DNA from: Chrysomallon squamiferum
Lineage: Eukaryota; Animalia; Mollusca
Direction: 5' to 3'
Assembly (NCBI GenBank): GCA_012295275.1
Contig: CM022672.1
Span: 2,976,001 to 3,040,000 of the forward strand
DNA length: 64,000 bases
Shown: positions 55,493 through 64,000 of the stretch, piece after piece
How positions within the stretch are numbered: position 1 is the first letter of the stretch
How the letters are laid out: every line of letters begins with the position of its first letter
Position numbers and translations under genes: made by a program
The notes under the pieces: model-generated
What the model was told of the DNA's origin: nothing
The model's database searches: none
What the model saw: only the letters and a program-made list of their open reading frames with translations

Positions 55493-57765
55493 TTGAGCAA
55501 TATGTGCTAAAAATAAATCGATACAAACGAGGCTGAAAGGATGGTTGCCGTAGAAGTGAATAAAAGACATTTTTTAATTAGCAATTTATATAAAAGTGTT
55601 GTTTTTTTTCTTTACATTTTTTATTTTTTATTTTATTTTATATTATTATTATTATTTTTTTTTTTTTGTGCTGTAGTTAAGATTTATTATGATTAACATT
55701 GTGGGTTTTTTTAACAGTTTTGTATATGCTTTGTTGCTTATGTTTCAGTTATTATTGTTGTTGTTGTTGTTAACGTCATTGCTGTTGTTGTTGCGGTTGT
55801 TGCTGCTGACGATGCTTTTAGCAGAGGGAGAGGGAGAAAGTGACATAAACAGAGAGAATGAATTTTCATGTAATTGTTTTTATTTCATTTTATATATCAT
55901 ATTATTAATATCATCATTATCATCCTCATGATCATCATCAATATCATTTTATTTTAATGTGTGTTGTTGTTGGGTACTAATGCTGATGGTTTTTGGAGGG
56001 GTTGGGCTGTAGTTTTGTTTCCTTTAATGAATAAATATTGAATTAAATCTAAGATATTTATTTATTTACGTTTATTTATTTATTTATTTATTATTATTAT
56101 AATTTGTTTTGGGGGGATTTTTTGTTGTTTTTTAGTTTTTATTATTATATATTTTTATTATTATTATTATTACATGATAAATGAAACCCGCTGTACCGAG
56201 ATTATTTTTAACAATTCATGGCAATATATTTTTCATATACACTTTTCTTTAAACAAAAAGCAAAAACAAAAAGATACGTATGGGTAACAAGATACCTGTC
56301 GAGAGTGATTATTATTATTATTTTTATTATCATTATCATTATCATTATCATCATCATTATCATCATCATGATTATTATTATTATTATTATTATATCGTTG
56401 TTGTTGTTGTCATCATCAGCATCGACATTATCATTATTATTATTAAATTCGGGAAGTCTTATTTATTGTTTTCTTCTTCTTTGTTATTTTTGTTGAACTA
56501 AATACTTGTCATGTTTTGTTGTTGTTTTGTTGTTGTTGTTTTCTTATAGATCACAAACACTGCTTTGTGATAAGCAAACTCACTTTTCATAAAGAGATAA
56601 CATCTGAACGAATAACACAATTTCATCGATAGCGTCCACTGCATTTCCTTGTGTCAAGTAAATGTGTAAATGTCTCCAAAAAAATAGAAAATAAAAATTT
56701 ATTACTGAATAGCAGGTAAGCATAAAAGCTCAGATTTCGCGACATCAATCTTGCAAGTGCATAAATCGATCACTGCACGCTTCACGGGACCCCCGATGGT
56801 CCGCAAATCCATAAGCATAATTGTGTAAACAGTATAGATTATTTATAAAGTGTTTCTTTATGAAGATCTTCACGAAAACGAAATTGGCTGTCGTAGTAGT
56901 TATAAACTGCTGTTGATAATGATGAATGATGTTGGCGCTAACGATGTTTTATGTGAAACAATGAGAACAGTATCTTTTCATTGCAGGATCAATGAGTTAT
57001 GGTTTTGCCGAGCTCAGTAAAGACGTTGCCGTTGTTGCCGGTGAAACTGCTGAAGGTGTTTTTGAGTTTCTCGCAGGTTGCTGTTGCTTTTTTTGTTTTG
57101 TTTTTTTGTGTGTTGTAACATTGGTTGGTTATTTGTTTGTTTGCTTGCTTGTTGCTGTTGCTGGTGTTGTTTTGTTGTTGTTGCTGTTGCTGTTAGTTTT
57201 CTCTGATTTTTCTTTTGCTTTTTGTTTGTTTTTTTTTTTTTAATGTTTGTTGTTGTTGTTTTTTTACCTTTTTATTTCTCAACACAATACTTTTTCTGAT
57301 ACAGACTGAACACAAAGGTTTGACAATTACAAATTCGTGTAATAAATAACAGTTATACAGAACATTGGTTTTTACAAATCCGAGACAATACTGTTTTCAA
57401 TTTATTACCGACAGCAGAACGTTACGTTTAAATACACTGGGCTTAACACTGTGTTTTGAAAATCTGATAAACAAGTTTCGTTTACCTTCTATAAAATAAT
57501 GCGAAACGAAACAGGGTACTGGCTTTCGACAAGAAAAAAATACAACTTGTAAAGTAATGTCCACATTTCTTCATTTCCTTCTCGTCTCTCGTTCTCTATA
57601 TATGCATGTATGGTTAGATACTTAGATGCAGATAGATACACTACGTCTTTAATATGAGAACAGAAAGGCGCTAACACGTTATAATTTAGATAGGCAGAAC
57701 AATTATTTTATAAGCTTAAATTCGTATACACACGCACACGCACACACAGTGATATATACATAAGC

Positions 57766-57866
<101 letters not shown>

Positions 57867-58612
57867 TTGAATGCATGTATTTATATATAATATCGTGAAC
57901 CCAGAAACCTAAAAGACCACAAACAAAAGGAGACAGCAATGACTGAAGCAGCAACGATCGTCGCTTGTAACCACACATCGTCTGACTGTGAAATTAGCTG
58001 TAGTATAAAATTACCAATTATCTTAACACCAGTGAAAATCAATTCTTGGAGTTCGTCAAGTTCACTAACAATAGTTCTCCCCACAGCCAGTGTCTTCTTA
58101 TTACAGCGACACTTGGTAAAGAACTGCTTATATATCCTGTAATCACGGTTTCTATTGACAAGATACCAATGGCCAATTTCATGACTATTCGCGAAACGAA
58201 ATCTCTAAGTCGCTCCTACATTTCTATTTTCTGGTCCTGGAGAATTCGTATTCATGGCAGACAACTAGCGTGATTGTAAATTAAGGTCACATAGTAGGTT
58301 TCGTAGATTATTCGGAGTAATTTCAGTTCCACAATAAATCGTGTCATTGTCTCTGAGGAAAAGATGTTCAGATTTATATTTTAAGACACTGTCGTATTTT
58401 TGTCTTGGAGATTAATTCCCGAACTGTGAATGAATAGCTGCTTAACGACACTTCGGTGTATTTTAAAATATAGGTTATTGTGTTTGCACTGAAAGATGTC
58501 TTTATAATGACGCGAACGAGAGTTGAAACGAACTGCCGCCATCCAACGTGTTTATCTTGTTGCAGGATGGGTTCCAGTGCAGTGTGTAGTATTATAATCA
58601 GTTTTCCGAAGA

Positions 58613-58672
<60 letters not shown>

Positions 58673-58705
58673 CAACAATAATGATAAATAAATAAATAAA
58701 TAAAT

Positions 58706-58790
58706 CTTTGTTCAGCTAGTCACGGAGCACTGGCTAGTATTGGAAAGAGCTCAGACTAAGAAATGACCCATCAAATTTAAGAGAAGTGTT
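58706..58790 (-). mobile_element. Internal SINE-like fragment
   Basis: CTTTGTTCAGCTAGTCACGGAGCACTGGCT matches my recollection of the central part of the same SINE family. There is no independent in-window support. Confidence 0.3.
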
Positions 58791-61404
58791 TGAACTGTGA
58801 AATGTTCCTTTACGTGAATTGTAGCAGCAATATACAGATCTATGGATGAATAAATGGATAAATATGGACAGACCGAAATCAGATAAAACAATATCAGTAA
58901 AGTTAATGTACGCTTGCAGTGTGAAGTTTGAAGTGACTGTATATAAGGAGCATGATACGTTTAGTGTTTCTGCTTTAATATTATATATCTCTATAGGTAA
59001 TACGCATTGAACTATATATATAGTATGAAATAAAACCAAATGGGTTTCGTAAATGTATTCTTCTCCATCTTACTCTCTGACCAAACATTATTTACTTCCA
59101 TCGTCTGCAATTTTTGAACATTCTGAATACTATCAGATGCTGCTACAACAATAAAAACAAAGATGATCAAACGAAATTCTACAGCACAACGACTGAAACA
59201 CAAAAGTAAACACGGCTTTGATGTTTAATTATTATTAAGTAAATGAACATCATACCAATAATTCCGTAAACCCAGAGCGATTACATTATAAACTTTGTAT
59301 GAAGTGAACAAAGAGACCTCTCTGATCACTGGCGTCAATCAGTCGAGTTTGCACTTGTTAACACAAACCTGCGGGCTTAACTTAGTAAAGTAATTAACGA
59401 AGGTGTAAAATTACAGATATGTTTATGAGATGAGGAAATCGATTTGCATTAGAAAAAAACCATTGTTTGCTTATAATATTATTCTACTACGCGAAGTGTA
59501 ACTGTGCTGGACAGTATGCGTAAGCATGAGAATTAGTGTGTGAGTAAAACACAGTTTAATAATAATCGAAATTTACCATATATAATAAATATAGTGTATG
59601 TAACAACACATATGATGAAATATATCACAAAGCGATATTTACACACACACACACACTACAATAAATTACAGCTTCTGGTCCTCTATCTTATGTAAATACA
59701 ATACTTTAGTAAATTATCCATCTGGAACCTGGGAGTCAAGACTGCAATGACATACGGAAGTGAGGATTCATCAAGCGACCTTTGGGAAGCCAGTAGTATC
59801 AGCAAGCAAGGCTGGATGCCAATATCAGAAGCAAACGACGTCATAGATCAAGATGCTGCCACTGTTAATCAAACAGAACCCAGACGGTACACATCTGTTG
59901 AAAATATGTCGTAGACTAAGGAATTACGAGATCGATAAGTGATTTTTAATAAATTTCCTAGATGCAAGTTTAATTCATATCTAATTCACAACACATGGCT
60001 CCTGCCAAATGGTGATGATTTGTGTCAGAATTTTCAAAACTGAACTGAACTGAAAATGATAAACACTTGTCTCTCTGACACGTTTTGTCATGTGTTCATA
60101 ATTGATGTTTCAGTTCACACATTCATTCATTCATTCATTCATTTACTCTCTCTCGTTCTCTCGTTCTCTCTCTCTCTCTCTCGTTCTCTCTCTCTCTCTC
60201 GCTCTCTCTTTCAATATTTTGATCCCTTTCCTACTTTGATCTGACACATTTCAGTGTGAATTAAAACTCACTTGCTACATAAACTGACTGAATATATTAA
60301 TTGAAGTATCAGATTTCATTTTGAAGGTCATACATTTTACTTTTTATTTAAGCATATACACCAAATATATAAAAAAAAAATCTTTTTAATCGTTTTTTTT
60401 TTTTTTTTTTTTTGAAATATTAGTTTATTCATTTATTTCTGTTTCTTAGCAAAGTGATTCGCTCTTTGACCTATTTATATGACTCTTTCCCGATTCAATT
60501 AAATGTTCGACCTTTGATGCTTTCGGCTTCTTTATCATTTTCTTTTCGTCTTCTTCTTATTTTTTTTTTCTACGTCTTATGGTTTCTTTTTATTTTATTT
60601 TTTTTTTCTTCTCTCTTTCTAATTAAGCCAGATTTAAATCAACTTATTAGGCGTCATCAAACTAATACAGATTATTCTCCATGTTTCCAAGAAATCGTTC
60701 TCACATGCAGTCGAGATACTTTTTTCAGTGATATAAAAACGATCACAGTCGTGAAATGAAATTTCATCTCGCTGTGTCAAAGGAATGGCCGCGATACTCA
60801 GACAAGCAAGAACAAAAACTACTACACCATCTCCATTCAAACACGCCTGTCGCTGCTAATCCTCTGACCTTTTCAGAGGTTTGTGTCGCTATTACCAGCC
60901 AAAGGATGCAGGACAGACAACGCGAAGCTAGTCAGACCGCCGAGCTTGTGACATTAACGCCTGTGCTGTTTCCTATTTCAGAAATAAGCTTCTATTCTGA
61001 CCGAGCCAGTGGCTGGTTTATTTGTATTTCTTACCATTGCTACGTATATGCGAGTTTATGTGTGTGTGTGTGTATGTGTGTATGTGTGTGTGTGTGTGTG
61101 TGTGTGTTTCTCTATTCTTGTCCACTTTCATTATTTTCCTTTTTAAAAATGTTTTGTTTAATTTTTTATATTTCACTTATATTCATTTTATTTTAATTTA
61201 TTATTTTTTATTATTATTTTTTGTCTTCGATGTTTTTCTTCTTTTCTTCTTTTTCAATATCATTTTTCAAAATATCATTTATTACATTCTGCCGATTTTC
61301 TCATTCATATCATATTAAATACATTAACAGTACCAATTTCGTCAGCTATTCTTATACATCTGATTCATTACTAAATGTGCCAGCGATAAATTACAGCACA
61401 ACAA

Positions 61405-61702
61405 CAGCAGTAATAATAGCAGTAGTGGAAGTTGCAGTAGTAGCAGTAGTTATGGTGGTAATAATAATACTGATAGTAGTAGTAATAGTAGTAGTTGTAG
61501 TAGTAGTAATAGTAGTAGTAGTAGTAGTAATAGTAGTAGTAGTAGTAGTAGTAGAAGTAGTAGTAGTGGTAGTAGCAACAGTAGCAACACTTGTTGTAAT
61601 AGTAACAGTTTTAATAATAGTAGCAGTGTAGCAGTAGTAGCAGCAGCAACATTAGCTGTAATAGTAATTGTGGTAGTAGTTGTAGCAGCCGCTGTAGTAG
61701 CA
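61405..61702. repeat. Degenerate (TAG)n repeat
   Basis: Directly visible. Confidence 0.9.
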
Positions 61703-62149
61703 ACGATTCTTTTTACTGTTGTTTTAATAATAATCATAATGGTAGAAGTAAATGGGAAAAGGACTCGCAGAAACAGAAACAAATTAACATCCTCTAAGAC
61801 CTGAATAGACTGACTCGTTCTGTTACCGAGTTAAAACAGAATCCGTAATGAACTGTCGTTTAACTGTCAAGAAGATCATTAACACAGGTGTCTACTGAAA
61901 TCCATAATCAGAACGCAGATGTCTTGTTGACTGCTGGTATAACAAAAGTCTGTGTTAATAAAATTTTTTAAAAAAACGTCAGTGATTACATTTGTAACAA
62001 AGTTCTGTCCAAGCTTTCTTGTGTTCTGGTTCAATAATTTGTCAGTTTTTTGTTGATCATCATCTAGCTTCGTTAACATCAGTCAGGGTCGTCTCTAAAT
62101 AATTTATCCATGGATCTGTCAGTCTATTCTCATCTATGCATCCATTAAC

Positions 62150-62172
62150 ATCTCTCTCTCTGTCTCTCTCTG

Positions 62173-62203
<31 letters not shown>

Positions 62204-62272
62204 GTCTCTCTGTCTCTCTATGTCTCTCTCTCTCTCTCTGTCTCTCTGTCTCTCTATCTCTCTCTCTCTGTC

Positions 62273-62327
<55 letters not shown>
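62150..62327. repeat. (CT/GT)n-(GT)n-(AT)n compound microsatellite
   Basis: Directly visible. Confidence 0.95.
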
Positions 62328-62331
<4 letters not shown>

Positions 62332-62919
62332 TATATCATTATTTCTTTCTTTTTCTGTTTCAAGGCAGATTTGGATATTTCTAACATAAATATCAAGATA
62401 TGTTACCGATATCTTAAATTCGACACGAAACACATTACTTCATTTCATGACAGGTTTTATAAACGTTTTTTGTTGTTTCTTAATAACGCTGACCTCGGTA
62501 CCAAGTTGATCAAACGGTCCCCCGTGTGTCCCGACTTGACAGTACAACAATAGATTGTTTGTAAGCTTGTAGCAACGATACATTTACGTACGTGAAACAA
62601 CATAAAAGATTGATCCTTTTTATGTTTTTTTTTTTTTTTTTACCAGGATAAAAAAAAAATAAATAAATAAAAAATAAAAAAAGTGATTGTTAACATTAAT
62701 ATTGAAATATACATATGTACACATTTACGTATGTACACCAGCACAAGTTCACAATACACGCATTCTCTCTTTCAAACTCACATATACACCGATAATGTAT
62801 AATACATAGGTACACAGCATGTTGTTGTTTTCAAAGGTATACGTAAATATATAGATTCAATAAAACTATTTGCGTAATATTTTCCGTGTATATAATACAT
62901 GCATACAAAACATACTAGT

Positions 62920-63170
62920 ATATATACACAAACACACACATACATACATGTGCATACATATAAACATGTATGTTATAGATACACACAGCTACATTAGATA
63001 CAGGCATGTGTACATAAATACACATATACACACATACAAAAATAAACACAGGCCTTACACACACATACACACACACATAACACGCACACATACATACACA
63101 TACACACATAATACACACACATACATATACACACACATACATATACACACACACACACACATACACACAC

Positions 63171-63211
<41 letters not shown>

Positions 63212-63225
63212 GACACACAGACACG
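62920..63225. repeat. Degenerate (CA)/(TA)n tract at the start of the intron
   Basis: Directly visible; reads as a UG-rich tract on the minus strand. Confidence 0.9.
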
Positions 63226-63319
63226 TACAAACATGTTTGTTTTGGGGGGGTTGTTGGGGTTTTGTTTTTCACCGAAAACTTGTAAATCAAATTGTGTTTT
63301 CAAAAAAACGTCAACTTAC

Positions 63320-63534
63320 TCATTATCGTCGTCGTCCTCCTCTTCGATCGCGTCGGGTTGTCGTTGCAGATATCGTCGCGATTCCTTCTTGTCGTTGCCG
63401 GTGCCGCTGTTGCTGTCGAAGCTGGCCGCCGGCCAAGCGAGGTAAATCGAGTCCCGCACGATAGTTTCCAAACTTCCCACCTCGTGGAAAGACTGCGCCT
63501 TTGGAATGTGTAGCTTATCCTTTAGTCGTTGCAT
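63320..63534 (-). CDS. Probable first coding exon of an unidentified spliced gene (MQRLKDKLHIPKAQSFHEVGSLETIVRDSIYLAWPAASFDSNSGTGNDKKESRRYLQRQPDAIEEEDDDDN + 2 nt)
   Basis: The ATG at 63534-63532 has an A-rich context (TTAAAAATG). The 215 nt are open, markedly more GC-rich than the flanks and give a non-repetitive peptide. The segment ends in a consensus donor GA|GTAAGT (intron starts at 63319, phase 2). The 'stop' of track ORF 63316..63648 is the TAA inside GTAAGT. No domain recognised. Confidence 0.75.
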
Positions 63535-63960
63535 TTTTAAAAACAATACACACACGCACTGCGCACAATCTGCACGGAAAATAAATGTATAAACACTTTC
63601 CTCCTTTTTTTTTTTTTTATACAGAACACACGAGATGAAAAAATACACAGCCCGAACAGAAGTCGAAAGTAGTTAAAAACACAGCAAATTTTCCACCAGA
63701 AGCTTCTCTCTGTTGTTTTTGTATATATTTTTGTTTTGATTTATTTACAATTACCTACCATGTTAAGCCTGTAACTGTAATTTACGAATCAACGAAAATG
63801 AACGCTAATGGTCGAATTAATATTATTATTATTATTATTTTTAAATTTGTTTTCAGTCTTGATATTTGTATCGACAGATCTGCGAAAATAATAATATATA
63901 CCAACGCATGCGGTTAACTAAAAGCATTGAAAACACTGAATGACTGTCGCTCTGCCTGTG
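63535..63960 (-). promoter_or_regulatory. Putative 5' UTR / core promoter of the 63.3 kb exon
   Basis: Complex sequence directly upstream of the ATG, with Initiator-like TCATTC/TCAGT on the minus strand around 63935-63943 and a CGCATGCG palindrome at 63905-63912. Motif matches only. Confidence 0.3.
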
Positions 63961-64000
63961 TGTGTTATTATCTCTACTGTATCGAACGCTGTTTTCCATT

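Noticed and set aside
63320-63534. Naming the gene (PDE4, AMPK gamma and TSC22-type multi-promoter genes considered)
   Set aside because: There is only architectural or faint motif resemblance, and no conserved domain in the window.

Overview
This is AT-rich (about 30% GC by eye), microsatellite-dense animal genomic DNA, not prokaryotic sequence. I found no operons, rRNA, intact tRNA, CRISPR array or transposase/RT ORF. Nearly all ORFs in the supplied track are translated simple repeats (poly-ER, -SL, -HT, -CV, -V, -L, -I, -Y). The one well-supported coding feature is a GC-rich ATG-initiated exon on the minus strand (63320-63534, 71 codons + 2 nt, ending GA|GTAAGT). The rest of the window therefore looks like the very large 5' intronic region of a minus-strand gene whose body probably lies beyond the left edge. 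Two more short minus-strand ATG-to-GTAAG segments (17653-17687 and 9319-9374) end in the same phase (2) and may be alternative first exons. I cannot identify the gene. The non-coding DNA alternates between simple repeats and CpG-containing complex islands. It holds at least seven perfect TGACGTCA (CRE) palindromes, several minisatellites or local duplications, and decayed tRNA-type SINE copies. From memory these SINEs resemble a gastropod family, which makes a mollusc origin plausible but unverified. I see no convincing new biological system; the findings are modest, testable hypotheses.
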